A DNA stretch of 63,053 nucleotides, filler included, from Choristocarpus tenellus KU-1152 (GCA_964200185.2; 11 parts of 11 records of this genome joined end to end with filler, not necessarily neighbours in it); one strand, 5' to 3'. Counted from the first letter of the whole stretch, positions 41,187 through 55,390 are shown. Notes: a model not told the origin generated them from the sequence alone. Translations and numbers: made by a program.

Positions 41187-42476
41187 GTTGGTGTGTTCAA
41201 TTAATGTACCTACACTCTCTCCCCAACACGCAACCTTTCTTTTTCCAGGTGATACGCAAACTGATAAGCACACGCCCATTTTTATCGTTTTTTTATTCCA
41301 GGTGCAAGCACAGCTGAACAACAGCATCATCTGTGGCTTGTTAAATCCTAACACATAGACACATGTTCTACCTTTAATGGGAACTCTTTACATTCCCAGA
41401 GGGAGACAACAAAAACATCCATGGATACTGCTGCTGCCCTAGATACATTGTTTAAACAGTGAAGCAAGAAAAGATCGGTCTATATGTTTTCTCCACTCTT
41501 CCTTGTACCGTACAACTGACGTATACTTTTATAGTGGGTGGAGGAGTACCAAAAAGGTGCAGTCCAATTCGTAATCTCACTTCTCCTCAATTCACTTTCA
41601 GGTATGGATACATTCTCTACCGCCCATCCACTACTCGTTCTTCATACTCAGTGCTCATCAAATATTTCCTGTTCATGAGATGGTTTTAAGTCGAGTTTCA
41701 CATTCTGCTAGGTTGCCTCAAGTCTAATGTCTCACACGTTCTAACTACATCTCACCTTCCTTGCTTCGCAATTCCAAGTATCATCGTACAAACAGTCTAC
41801 CACTAAAAACATACTACACGAGCTTGGACACACTATCCAATGGTGTACAACAATAACTATGTACATGTGTTTACATTCAAATACTTCGGGGCACATGAAA
41901 GGACATGAAGGATTGAAGTAACAGGACAACAACACGCAACTGCAATGACCCCGGCGTCCTTAAATGCCTGAGGAATACTTGGATAGCATGAGTCAGAACA
42001 AAAGAAGTCAGTTGGGACTTCTTCCTCCTCTGATCAAGGTGCATATCCAATTTATCTCTGTCTGCCTTTCCAGTTCCCTATTCATGATGACCCAGCCAAG
42101 CTTGCTGTGGTTGCTTGGGATAACTATTAATGCACACACTATGTGTGAGGGGTGGCATTCGTCATGTGACCTATTTAGTTGAACAGCAACCCACTCACTT
42201 AAGCTCCATAGACTTTTTAACGTTGGGTGGACAGACCATTCTTAGTGTGAGGAGTGAAGAGCAAGGCAGTGCAAATACTTGCTACAAAATGGAGGCAGAG
42301 GAAGAACGGCACAACACAGACAGAGTGAGGAGTGACTGGGATCACTGGTGAGAGAATATGAGGTGCCAAAAAACTGCTCAAGTGAAGACAGGATAAGTTG
42401 CTCCTCGTGGCAAGTGGTTAATCACAGGGGGGAAAAGCGAGACTGCTGGTTGACATCAAGCAAGGATTATGTAAGA

Positions 42477-42648
42477 GACCCAAAGTATCTGGGGGGGGGT
42501 CTACACCAGGGTGTCAATTTAGACCAAAATCAGGAAAAGTGCATTTACCTTATCCATCTGACATATGCAACCAATTAACCCAAAAATAGCGACATGAAAA
42601 AATGACCCTAAATGGACAGCTTCCACCCCCACCCAGATACTTTGAGCC
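42477..42648 (-). mobile_element. MITE family B complete copy
   Basis: GACCCAAAGTATCTGGGG ... CCCAGATACTTTGAGCC; AGA on both flanks. Confidence 0.88.
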
Positions 42649-42940
42649 AGAGCTACTAGTAGTATATGTGTACAATATGCATACATATATATACTCTGAA
42701 GGAAAAACTTGTCATAATTCATAGAGATTGTTGCCTCCTACCTCGACAACAATATAAGGGATTGACCCACTACGGATGCATGACAGAAGAGTGCTGGTGC
42801 TCTGACTGTGGGTTGTGCACCTTGGCTGCCTGATTGTCAGCTCTGCAGACAGCATCGCATCACTATAGTTCTCTTTGACAAGGCAGCTACCTGAATATTA
42901 CAACGGACAGGAAATATGTACGAAGGAATATGTAAAACGT

Positions 42941-43205
42941 GAGCCAAAGTATCTTAGAGGGTAGAGCCGCGTCCATAAGGGGGGGTCAAAATCCAATGTT
43001 GTGATTTTGATATAATTTTGACTATCGTGTTTGTTAGGAAGTAGTGTCAATATCCTTGTTCTGGACACACCTTTTCATAACGTACACATTTTACCTACTC
43101 CGAAACATTTTGGAGTAGGAAAATATCATACAAAAAACGATGGGAAGCCAAGTCCCAAATGGACAAATAGGGTAAAATTCGTACCCTCTAAAGATACATT
43201 CACTC
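42941..43205 (-). mobile_element. MITE family A complete copy
   Basis: GAGCCAAAGTATCTTAGAGGG ... CCCTCTAAAGATACATTCACTC; CGT on both flanks. Confidence 0.9.
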
Positions 43206-43330
43206 CGTGTACGAAATCAGAGCTCTATGTGATGGGGGGCGATATTAGTAACACATTACTCGTTTCTTTTTCCAAAGGTGGTACTCAGCCATTCAAGCGA
43301 GGTTTCAGATTTCCCTGTCATCATTTCTTT

Positions 43331-43603
43331 GCCCCATAGTATCTTAGAGGGGTGTGTGTTGAGTCCAGGTTGTCCAATCGGGACTTGATGGAGTATTGTA
43401 AGATACCTCGGTTTGATGCCCATTTTGCGGGTGATTCTCCTTTGGATTTGGTTCAGGCAGGGGAATGGATAAGGAAGATCCATTCATATGGATGGAATTG
43501 CCCTCACATCTGACACTTTTACTCAAGTAAAATGAAGATCACTACAGGTTCACACAGGCCCCGAATGGATGCCTTACCCCCCCCCTCTAGGATACTATGG
43601 GCC
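43331..43603 (+). mobile_element. MITE family C complete copy
   Basis: GCCCCATAGTATCTTAGAGGGG ... CCCCTCTAGGATACTATGGGCC; TTT on both flanks. Confidence 0.9.
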
Positions 43604-44337
43604 TTTATTCCTCATAACGTATACTCCACATATTATTTTATATTTTGAAAAATGGAGGTGCATGTAACAATAATGTTCATTCATACATCGTGGAACTTGG
43701 TGTTGGGTATCAGGTCTGTGTGTAAACCAAGTGAACAAAGTGAGGCGAACCTTGCACAACAAAAGTACACAGGCAGACTGAGGGGGATGCACTGTACAAA
43801 CATGAATCAATGTAGTGAGACTTGAAATGAGAAGAACCTGAGTTGTGAGTCAGGTTCTAGTGAAGCCTGGTTCACAACTTGATTAATCAGTCTGTTTTTC
43901 GAACAATTATCACCCTTCACTTTCCTTTTGGTGTACTAATCTACATTATTTTCAAACGCCCAATCCACATTAGGTATTGCCAGCTTATTATGCAATAGCA
44001 ATATCTTAAAACGGGGTTTTGTTTTTGCGAATTTTGGACGTGAGGAAGGACTTTCTATGAGATACCAGAATGAAAAATAAATAGATTGGCGGTGAAGTCA
44101 GTATCCACAATTTGCTCTTACACCAATGACAGTCGCTCATCCAATAACTAACTAGAACGTGGAAGTTCAGAAGCTTCCTTTCTTTGTGTGAGCATTAATT
44201 GCCTGATTTTGTAACCCCATAGAAATAAATGTTCTCCTACGTCTATCTATTCTTGTGTGGTCTAACCATTTCTAATTTTGTAAACGCAAAACAAACCCAG
44301 AAGAACGTAACGACTGCATAACGCAAGTAACCTCCAC

Positions 44338-44430
44338 ATCAATTAATGATATTATTTTTTATTATTATGCCCTGTAACACTTTACAGATAGATGTATCAG
44401 GGGGAAGCCAACGAAAAGCCAATGAAATAT
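44338..44430 (-). promoter_or_regulatory. Element P, diverged reverse copy
   Basis: tattattatgccctgtaacactttacagatagatgtatcagggggaagccaacgaaaagccaatgaaa. Confidence 0.45.
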
Positions 44431-45594
44431 AAGAACCCTGAAAAAGTAAAGAGTTGTCGTAAATGTGAAAGACATTTTCCCATCATCTTGTTTGAGGTCA
44501 ATTGTACAACGTCGTACCACTACAGCTGCTTCCAAGCAAGTGGAAATCGGGAAATTTCCGAGTAACAATTCACCTACTCACATGAAAAAAAGCGACCCAT
44601 AAATATTCCTATTATACGTTCACACAATAAACATTTTCCAGACAACAGACATTAGACCATCAACATACCCCGACTGTTTGCTGGATAACATGTTTCTTCT
44701 ATCCCAATTGTTCCACTACTATTTACTCCTATACAACCCAACCTCTGGACACAACGCGTGAAACCATGATATTATTGACCAACCAAAAGACCTCAGACGT
44801 TTTTCTGGACACCTGATGTCGGATGTTGTCATATAGGATATAGAGGATATTATGGCCGTTATTCTTGAGCATTTTCTTAATTGACGCATGTTGTAGAGGA
44901 AAGGGTGCCGTGTGTTGATCTGACAGTAGACATTAAGCGGAAGCCCAGCACTAGATAATGGAGAGCAAAACCGACTCAGCGTTCCAAGGACATCAAATAA
45001 CTGGTCCCCAAACATTGTCCTCGTAACGGATGTTGTCACGGACCAAATCGACCTTAACACTGCCCTGGATTACCGATAATATACGTCATTGGTTTGTCCA
45101 TTTTTCGAGGAAGTTCAACAAATCCTCTGGACAAGTAGCCCAGACAATATCAAAATGTACCCCTTGCCTTGTCTCAGGGAAAGGTGTAACCATCCAAATC
45201 AAAGCTGAGCATCCAGATGCAACGGCCATGTGACACCTTTAGACAATATTCCGACATTTACTTCCTAGCATAGAAATAAATCTCACCAGAAAAAAAGTGT
45301 TGCAGATACAGAACAGCACCCTACATCAACAACCTGTAGGTCTCACAAGAAAGGGAAGGGGGGGGAGAGACCACTCTCAAAATTATCCCACGAGCAATGA
45401 CTTAATAGAGTCGCTCACTCAGAAACAATCTACTAGGCCACATTGTGGACTACATACCGCAGATGATTGAGAACCTACTATTATACAATTTTGAAGACAT
45501 TGAAAAACTGAGCACCAATGTTGTACCCGGAAGTTAAGTAACTAAATACATCCTCCATCAATAACAACAAAAAAGCTCAAGAGCTGACATATCG

Positions 45595-46488
45595 TCATTC
45601 AACCCCCTCAACAGCGCCCACCAAATCTAACAGCAGACCCTGCCTCTCAGTCGCCACCACATTATCCTCAACCCCTCCCCTTGAACCACCTACCCCACTC
45701 CAAGCAGGAAGCAAGTCCCGAATCTGTTCCGATCTATTTCTTAGGCTCTCCTCCCAAGATGTCTTAACTCCAAGGCTGGCACGCAAATGGTGAAAGAAGC
45801 GATGGTCCCCATAGGAAGAGTATACAAGCTTCGGAGGTGTTGCCAATGCCTGAGTGGCCTTATCCTCGACCGTAACAAAGTCTGCCTCAGCTCTACCCTC
45901 CGCCTTCGCTCCTGAAACCGCTCCCAGCGCCCCTGCAGCACCTCCCCCATCGACCATAATATCCCCTGCCGAATCATACTCGATCGCCTTCCTATTCCTC
46001 TCCTGACTTCCTACAGACAAGGGCCAAGTATTTGCACTCGATCCTGCCTGCAGTCCCGACCACTCGCCCCCCTCCCCTACACCACCCTGAGGCACCTCTG
46101 AAAGCGCTCCTCTATCTCCTCCTTTTTCTCCTTCTATTCCTCCTTCAACAAGAACTTCCCTAGAACCAGCCTCAACCACCTCACCGGCTGCAGCGCCCGT
46201 CTCACCACCATACGCCCCTCCCTCACCCCCAGCCGTTTGACCGTGGTTCCATCTCCTAATTCCAGCTGAAGAGGACGGCGTTAACGGCAAAGGGGAAGAG
46301 GAGCGTCCAGTACCCTCCTGACATTCATCACCCTTGCTTCCTGCACCACCCCCTCCGCTGATAGCACGAATTGCATTGCCAAGCAGTCTCCTGGCTCCCC
46401 CTCCCCCAGACCGGCGTTGTCGCCTGCCTGGGGAAACAGTCGCTCCTGCTTTCATGCCTCCCATGCCTGTTGTGTCACCATCCCACAC
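45595..46488 (-). CDS. Long terminal exon of an unknown gene; Gly/Glu-rich disordered region with a more ordered C-terminal segment
   Basis: 297-codon open frame preceded by an AG acceptor (ggacag|gtgtgg) and ending at TGA; upstream exons are lost at the contig end. Confidence 0.7.
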   Translation of the reverse strand: MWDGDTTGMGGMKAGATVSPGRRQRRSGGGGARRLLGNAIRAISGGGGAGSKGDECQEGTGRSSSPLPLTPSSSAGIRRWNHGQTAGGEGGAYGGETGAAAGEVVEAGSREVLVEGGIEGEKGGDRGALSEVPQGGVGEGGEWSGLQAGSSANTWPLSVGSQERNRKAIEYDSAGDIMVDGGGAAGALGAVSGAKAEGRAEADFVTVEDKATQALATPPKLVYSSYGDHRFFHHLRASLGVKTSWEESLRNRSEQIRDLLPAWSGVGGSRGGVEDNVVATERQGLLLDLVGAVEGVE

Positions 46489-46789
46489 CTGTCCTCAAGG
46501 CAGACAAGGGAGATATGAGTGGGACATAGGGGATGTCCATGTGAAGGAGTAGCACGGGAAAGGTGAAAAGTGTCGGGGTGTGCATGAGGTATGTATGTGT
46601 ATAACATGTCTGTATTGGTGTAACACACCAACGGGGGGGGGGGGGGAAGAACAAAAAATAGGAACAGTGGGATTATGACACATGGCAGGNNNNNNNNNNN
46701 NNNNNNNNNNNNNNNNNNNNNNNNNNNNNNNNNTTAATTAATTAANNNNNNNNNNNNNNNNNNNNNNNNNNNNNNNNNNNNNNNNNNNN

Positions 46790-49081
46790 ACTCCTTTATT
46801 ATTTATTTATTATTTTGTCATTATGGTCCCCGATTGTGATAAGACATCGTTGATCAGTTCCTTTTTTTATGATGACATTGACGATAACCCAAGTGAGAGA
46901 TCCAGCATACTTCACGACTTGTGCATCAGGAGTTCTATATGTACATCAGCATAATCTATAAGACCGTAGATCGGAGCTGTACATCCTGGGGAGGTAAGCT
47001 TTCTGGGGCACCTGTAACATGGAGGTCTAACCGAGACTGGAGGTCCTACCGCCTCTTTTCAAACATTTAGGGTTCCTTTCTTGTTCCACCAGGATTGTTT
47101 TCTTGTTCCACCTGGGTTTGTGGTGTTCATTCATCGTCTACGGGATTCCCTCCTTGGGCTCGTCGTCTTCATGGGTCTGAGGGCTTCTGTGGCTCTGAGG
47201 AATCGCCCCTCTCTAGTCGCAAAAATAGTGGCCTCCGATCGCTACATCATCCATCTATAGTCGTAAACGAGTGGTTTTCGACCGCCATAGTATAGACGTT
47301 GCCTAGGTAGTTCTTCCTTGCCATTCGTGCACTCACATTCCCGATCTGTTTTCGTCTATCACACTGTCCTTTTATCCCACAGGTTTAGTCGGAACTGGGT
47401 CCCTAGGTCGCAAGAAAACTGGCAGAGTGGGAACAGAGTCGGAACTGGAGTCCCTAGGTCGCAAAAAAAACTGGCAGAGTGGGAATGGAGTCGGAACAGA
47501 GTCGGAACTGGTGCCCCTATGTCGCCAAGTGGCAATTAATACATGCTGCCGCAGAACGATTCGAGTGATAGATGATATTTATTGTCCTGACCCGTGATAA
47601 ACACCTGTGGTAAGCGTGAAACATGTATTCCTAGTTCACGCTGGGGGGTATGTTACAGGCGAATAGCATGTCTGCCTTTTCGCACTATAACCAGTGCGAA
47701 AAGTCTTGCTATGGCTTATAGATTTTTATGTTATTGCTAGACATTTTGTCTGTGTTTGTCGAGAGATTATTCTTGTGTCCTATAGTTGTTTGTGTTTAGT
47801 TCTGAAGGGGGAGAGTCTATGACAACACCATATTTCAGTGCTATTGTAATTTTTCATCCATATTCATTTGTGTTGATATTTGTGAGGGGGGAGAGTCTTC
47901 CTATGACACTCCCTAATTTTTTGAGTCTTTAGTTTGTACGTTCTTTGTTTATGGGTTGAGTAAGCCTTTATATGGCAGGACCTTGTTTTTGTTTGTGACT
48001 GTGAGACATCTTGGTGTCCAATAATATATGTTTATAGCTGTGAAGGGGGACAGTCTAAGCAGTACCCTATTTCAGTGCTATTGTAATTTTGTGTTTGTAA
48101 TTATTTTTGCTGATAGTTGTGAAGAGGGAGAGACTTGCTGAAATGCTCTCTATTGTTATTTTTTATTGTAAGATGTTCGAGTTTATTGGTATATATTAAT
48201 AGTTCCTAGCAAGGGTAAGCCTTTCCATAACAGCACCCAATCTCTTTAGTGACTGTGAGTCATGGTCTTAGTGTCCTGTCGTTTCTGTGTTGTAGTTCTG
48301 AAAGGGGAGAGTCCATGGCAATACCCAAGTTCAGTTCTACTATGATTTTGAGTGTGTATTTGTGCTTATCTTGGAAGGGGTGGAGTCTTTTTGGACAGTA
48401 CCCTACTCTTGACGTGTGTATGAGACTCTGGTGTAGAAGCTTTTTTAGCATGGCAACACCCAAGTTCAGTGCTACTATGGTTTTGTGTCAGCATTTATGT
48501 TTGTTTATCTGGGAAGGGGTGGAGTATTTTTAGACAGTACCCTACTTTTGACGTACGAGACTCTGGTGTAGGAGTTTTTCTTTTGAACGTTGAGTCAAAT
48601 GCAGAGTGAGTGCCATGAGGTGGGAGTGTCGTGCTAACATATCTGTTGTCAGGGCAAACTTTGGAAGGATTTTTTCCTCCAGGTTTCCTCCTCCGCTGGA
48701 TCCCCAACGCCGCCTATTGATATNNNNNNNNNNGCCTGTTTATCGCATTGAAGCAGTTATGCTTTATGCTAGGGGGGCATGGCACAGACGATATGTCTTG
48801 ATGGCGGTTTCATAAACACCATTATGACATTGAAGTTGCAGATTTGATATATTTGTACTTGATTATTTATTTATTTTTTGGTCATTATGGTCCCCGATTG
48901 TGATAAGACAGTCGATCAGTTCCTTTTTACATGATGATATTGAGAATAATTCAAGTGAGAGATCCGGCATACTTGACGACTTGTGCATCAGGAGTCCTAT
49001 GCGTACATCAGCATCATCTATAAGACCGTAGATTGGAGCTATACATCCTGTGGAGGTAAGCTTTCTGGGGCACCTGTAACG
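46790..49081 (+). mobile_element. Non-autonomous LTR retroelement: 5' LTR end 46790-47019, PBS 47020-47036, non-coding ~630-bp interior, PPT 47643-47650, 3' LTR 47651-49081
   Basis: 46790-47019 matches about 48860-49080; LTR termini TGTTACAGG...CCTGTAAC(A/G); PBS TGGAGGTCTAACCGAGA resembles the complement of a tRNA-Gln 3' end; the LTR contains internal tandem gaagggggagagtc units. Confidence 0.88.
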
Positions 49082-52000
49082 GAGTATGCCATTTTAGGGG
49101 ATGGAGTATTGTTCGTTGCTGGTATTGTGTGGTGAGTGCCTGTTATTGTTGTGTTGTATCAGCACATCTCACAGCGGATAGTCTGGCTTTGTGCCTTTCA
49201 TATAATCCATATCATTTCGTGGTTAATATGTCAGGATGACCCCCACACTACAATATATAAAACCTCTCCCCTGCCGTCCTCCCTTATGTCATAAATCGCG
49301 TAATTATTACCATTAGTGGTCCTTCTGCGTTTAATCTTTTCCTTCCTGTGAATTACCTTAGATTGTCGTTGTAGCTGCATGCACACATTTGGGATTTTGG
49401 TGGCATGTGGGTGAGTATGCCGATTTAGGTTGAGAGAGTGTTTGTTGTTACTGTTGCTGTGTAATGAGTACTTATTTTTGTTGTCATGTTGTTTCGGCAC
49501 ACCCAACAGTGAGTTGTTAAACATTGCGCATCTCTTCAACATTACATCCACTCAGTACTGCTACTACTGCTACTAGTGGTGCCATTACTAGTTCTTAACT
49601 TTCTTACCAGTTGTTCTTTTTGTTCTCTGTTTTTTTTAATTCAATAATGACAGGAGGAGCAGTATTACCATTGCTGGTGTTGTTTTTACTCAATACACGC
49701 AAAATATTACGTTTATGAAAGAAATCCGTTCAACAGAAGTTTTTAGGGTGTGATTTTTTGTTTATTGCTAACTGTTCTTCCATGGATTCAGAACCCTCCT
49801 CTTGTTCTCTAAACTCGTTCCTGGTGTTAAAGTATCCCCAAAATCATCAAAGAACATAAAGGTGATAAACCTGGCGAGATTGNNNNNNNNNNNNNNNNNN
49901 NNNNNNNNNNNNNNNNNNNNNNNNNNTTAATTAATTAANNNNNNNNNNNNNNNNNNNNNNNNNNNNNNNNNNNNNNNNNNNNCAGTCCTTAAATGGCACA
50001 ACCAGATACACACTGCTGTTTGCGGGACTAATACCTGCCATACCTTCTGTGACAGTGATCAGTCTCCTACGTCTGAGATCACCTCTTCAAGCAGTCTTGC
50101 CATTCTCTACCTTTCACGCTTCCGCCTGTGTTCATACATCGTTGCATCTGCTCCTATTGTGGCTCTGTCATGATCTGTCTACACATCACCCCCCACGATA
50201 GGTAAATAATTTCCGACTGATTCACCAGAGTTACATAGCACAAATAATAGAAATGACAAGAAATATGGAAATAAAAACAATAAAAAATAACAAAAGTAGC
50301 AATAATACTAACAATGGTATAAAAGGCCGTGATGTTTATGTGTGAGGTGACTGGATACGTGGGTCAGGATTTGTCATTATTGTTGTTATTGTTATTGATA
50401 TCAGGGAATTTTCAGTAGCAGTATCATATTGTGCGGGTTTAAGAAAAAAATAGTAGGAAGAACAAAAAATGTACTTCAATATCTTGCTAACAATGCGGCG
50501 AGAGCTCCTTTTTATATTGTGTGACACTAGGTGGTTGGTGAAAGGGCGTATCATTGAGCAGATTTGGTACTCTATTACTATATATCAAGGCAGTTACCAC
50601 ACCTAGAGCGAACAAAAAAATGCAAGTTTTGTTTTTAATATGCAAGAGCTATCATTCAGTTAGGTAAAGAAGCAAGCACACTGGTATTGACACTAGTGAT
50701 GAACGATGTCTCCCCATCACAAGAAATTAAATTACAGTGGAGGATTGGGTAGAGGTATAAACAACATAAGCTGTAGTTGTACCAGCCTGCAGATGTCAAA
50801 ATTAGCTTGTCTGGTAGGGGGGGGAGAGGGCGCTGCCTACCTCATGCTGCACATAACTCTGGTTATATATATTGTTACTACATAGCACAAAAACAGAGAG
50901 ACAATTCACCTATTAATACCATGAAATTAATGCATGCAAGATAGTTCTTGGTACTTGACAATAATACTGCATCAATTAAATGACAAAAATAATACAGAAT
51001 TGCTAGTAATTCTACGCTACTAGTAACAGCAATAGTACACAATCGAATAACGATCAGTATTGATCATAGCAATATGTCATTAGTGACAACAATATCACAA
51101 AACTTAACAATACTACAGCATTGATAGTAAGTAATACTACATCAACAGTAACAGCAATACTGCACTATCAGTTTTTGCTTGTGAAAATCAAAACTAAACC
51201 ACCATTAATCCCCCTTGACCTTAACCCTAGCCCAAAGCAGTAATGGGCCATTACATCAATTTATAAAGTGAAGAGTGTTGGTATTTGCAATGTATGTTGC
51301 ACTCCCAGACAATAGTATACTTGCTCTCAGGCATTATTAGACCTAAGACTACTGTTGTCCATGTGTCTGCTACATACAGCTACATAGTACTCCACATCAG
51401 AGCATACTTGCCGTCAAACATCAGACCTGCATATTTGAAGCAGTTTTCCACCCAGGCACTTCCCGCCTTCCTTCTCTCAGAAAACCCAGGACGAAGGCAT
51501 CACCCCTACCAACAACCACATGTTGCACCAAATCCCTAGCCCTAATCCTAATCCAGTTCTAACCATACTACTAGCCCTAAGTATGATACTTCAGAATATG
51601 ATCGTACCTGTCCTTCCAAAACAGTCCACTGCATAGCACTGAAGCGCTAGGTGGTACACACATTCGCTACTCCCAACATAACCCCAAAACTCAACTCTAT
51701 CCCTAACCTTGATCCTCACTCTAACCTTGATTCTAAACCTAAACTTACAAAGCCTCACCTCTCGCCTCCAAATTTCTGTAAGATAGAAGCATCAATAAGG
51801 CTGCTAATGGGACAGCTTGAAGTGGCTGATGCAATCTCTACAGCTGCAACAGAGGCAAAGTTGCTGGCCAGTACCACTGAGGAGCAACTTACTCCCCAGA
51901 GAACCACTGCCAGAAGCACCATCTGCAGGATTGCCATGACACAGAATAAGGGTGATGATTGGGCATTAAGCAGGGGAAAAAGTAGGAAAGTTCTGACTAA

Positions 52001-52699
52001 GTAGAATCCCTTCCAGTCTTGTCTCTCTCTAGCAAGATTTTCGTGACAATGAGACATCTGAATCATATATGCGTATCACCCTCAGTAGTTTATATTATTA
52101 TTGTGATTCTCCAAGTACAGAGGGAAAACTTTCTAGTACATCATTGTGCTGTGCTTAACCTAGATAAGAGAGATGACTTGTGTTTGGGTTAGGTATTCGC
52201 AGACGAGGAAGGGTCAAACTGAAACATGAGAACGGTATATGAGAACAAGATGGATTCTGGTCATTGCTGGCATGTATTGTGAGTAACTCAACGCTCTTGG
52301 GCACAGCCATACCAGCAGGTAGATACTGGGGATGACATCATTATCATACGTAGTTCTTGGGAAAGAAGAGGTACATTGGTATGGACATATCAAGGCATAG
52401 GTATTCCTGGTGACAAATTACTATTCTGATTCTCATGTCATAGGTTACAACAGGTATTAGAAGCTTAGGATTAGGGATAGGTCATCCAGGGCAGTAGGGA
52501 GAGAGTTATCACACAACTGTGGAACTCCAGACCTGTTGGTGTCAAGGAAAATATTAGCACCTGTGATTTAACGAGAATGGGGTTTGGGGGGGCAGGATGC
52601 TGAAAACACTGTTGATCAACTGCACAGATGGTGACAACTTGTCTTCAGTAGATAAGCATGAGCTGTTTCAAAAATGAGGGTCAAGGTTCACTCAGCGCC

Positions 52700-55390
52700 T
52701 CCTTCAACCGAGGGAGAAAAATAGCCACGGAATTGCAGATTTGCGTGGGTACGTGAACCTTTCATACCACTCAAAGCAAAAAGACCCTGCAGCTGCAGTC
52801 TGATTCCTTCTGAAAGCACGTCGTTCTGCAGGTTCTTCAAGAGCACAAGCCATACCACGCCATTCTCTTACATACCCGGCGAGGTTGTGTACGGTAACAA
52901 TTTTCCTTTTGTAGATAGACGGACCTGGCGTCTGGCGTTGTGTCTGTCCGCGATGGCGCAAAGGGAAGGTGCCGCCAGGAAGTTCGCAATGGGCCTTATT
53001 GCTCCCACTATTCCTACCTCGTGCTCTGCATAGGATCATAGATGGAGGGGGTAAGGGGTAATGTAACTGATGAGATGTATTTCTGGTGGGATATGCCGTG
53101 TTCAAATTCAAGACACAACATAGCTCGCGAAACCATGGTATCTTCGCACATCTGCAAAAGGCACTTCACGGACTGAAACATTCACTTGCCTGCTCATTAT
53201 TAGTTTGAGCGATTCATTGACATTCTTTGAACAAAACGATCCATTAGTGATCGGGTAGCAATGTCTATAGATGTATCTGTACCTGTCATCCTCGTCACAA
53301 GCACGCACCCATTGCCCTTCAGTGCGAGATTCTACTATCCATCTACGTCACGTGCCAAGCCCTACGGTTAAAAGCGAAAAAAGTCGAGCTCATTCTCTTT
53401 TCTTTCTCTCTGCCTTCTGCTGTCCATGTTATGCCAGGGAGATATTGTGTGTCTCTAACCCAAAATATAGTATCCAAAATATGTGGGGTCAATCATGTCT
53501 CGCATTGCAGAGCTTACCGGAAAGGCCTTTACTGACCCATATCAGAGGTAAGAACGGCATTATAGCCCCCACAGTACCGAAAAAGATCATGTAGAGTAAG
53601 CTGCCCTTCACGTAAGGGAGAAACATGTTGGACATGGCAGATGCTTCGCTGGGAATCTCTCGCCAATATTCAGGGTATGCACCCACATCAAGCGACCATC
53701 CAACCGTCCTGTTGCAAATAACTTCAAATTTATTCAAACAAATAGAAAAATAAAATATATCCATCAACGAATGTATCAACACATCTTCAGTATCCATTGC
53801 CACTACTTCACCCAGTTCCTATCGTGTTTGGATGTTATGAAGTTTTGTTGGATACTCTACCTGTATATCTAAAGGATGTCAAGATCGCCTCCGGGAATTC
53901 TTCCCCGGCAACATTGCACCTCAGGGGCGAGCACTTATTATGCCTGTAGCGAAGTTGCAATTGAGATGTACTCGAGTATGTAAGGATGTGGTGTTAATAC
54001 TTGTTAACGGGAAGGTTCGTTAACGCCCCTTTCCACGAGAACCACGTTGTATGTGGTATGACTATTGTTGTCGGTTGAATCGAATGACGTTCCTAACGAG
54101 TCCGTCGATCCAGCTACCATTTCTGTAGTGAATTGGCGTGTGGGTTAACCGTCTGTTCCCAACAATATCATTTTGCTAGTCTTCTGGAAGAGGGAAGCTT
54201 GAGTCATCTTAATCCATCAAAGACGTTGGGCAGCCTGTTCGACAAACCTTTCTCCGAACATGAGATATGTGTTTCCTATGTGAATCCAACAATGTTCTGG
54301 GTATGGAGCCGTTTGGTTTTGTTTGAGATCAATGAATGCCAACAGCATGCCCTCAGGATAACCAGAATATCCAATAAAAGACCTCAATACAAAAGGGGTA
54401 AGGGATTCGGACCTAATGCGCATCATCCCCCAATCTTTCAACAGCATTTCAAGAATATTTTTCCATGGAAGCCAGATAGGGAAGGGGTATGTTGCCATGA
54501 GCCTTTTCAGTGTCTTAACTGACACCACTGCCCATCCTAGGTTCAACTCTGAGTCCCTCCTGTTTACACTCTGAGTCAAACCAACTGAGAGGTAGGCAAG
54601 CGTACATTTTTCGGATCCCTAGAAAGGGCAAAAACCCACGTAGCTCCTACCCTGATGTCTGCTGCAGCTCTGTACTGGAGCTTGAGGCTACTGCTGCTGC
54701 ATCCGTATTCTTCTCAGGTGCGTTCTGCAGCTTCTTTCTAAGTACCACCACTGCACCCTCCTGTTCACTTGACATAGATGCAGTGTTGTTGCTCAGGCAA
54801 AAAATTATAATTTACTCTGGATATCCAAGTCCATGCACTATTACATGGAAAATCAACGAAACCTGTGTCTCTACTGTTCTGTCATCCATACATACTGTCT
54901 GCTTCGAATAGTCCCCACACGGGCCGTCTACATCTGAGTCTAAAAAGGACAAAAAAGTCAGTAACTTCGTGTCCCCAGTGCATAGGGATTCATCTCCAAT
55001 CTGGGCAGTAGGTACCTCAAGAATTGTTTTGAGGACTGCCTCATCAACCTCTGTGATGCTGAGTGACGGAGTCTTGACAGCTCTTTGAGAAAGTATCATC
55101 CTGTCTCCATGATGAAACAATACCGAGGTCGCTCTACATTGTGGTCTTGATAAGTGGGCCAATCTGCGTCATTGATACCCACTTTTGGTATAAAATTGGC
55201 AATGACAAGCTGCTCTCTCACCATATTCTCCATCCTCCTTCCACCGATCTTCAACTGTCCAAACAATACAGCAAGAAGTGGCCAGCGGTGAACTCCGTTC
55301 TCCATTGATCCCCCGCCGATGATTTTTCGATATACCCTCCGGCATATTGTCGTCGAATTGGCAAGCCTCCGTTGGCAGATCCACCGCTTT
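52700..55390 (-). mobile_element. Decayed Ty3/Gypsy pol (RNase H, integrase, possible chromodomain)
   Basis: LHNIQTR*ELGEVVAMD, VLTSDMG and NTAYPTRN resemble integrase motifs; YVREWRG is chromodomain-like; multiple stops and frameshifts. Confidence 0.55.

Noticed and set aside
44719-45233. ORFs downstream of the 45595 stop
   Set aside because: Multiple stops in the plausible frame and no recognisable domain; likely UTR or decayed sequence.
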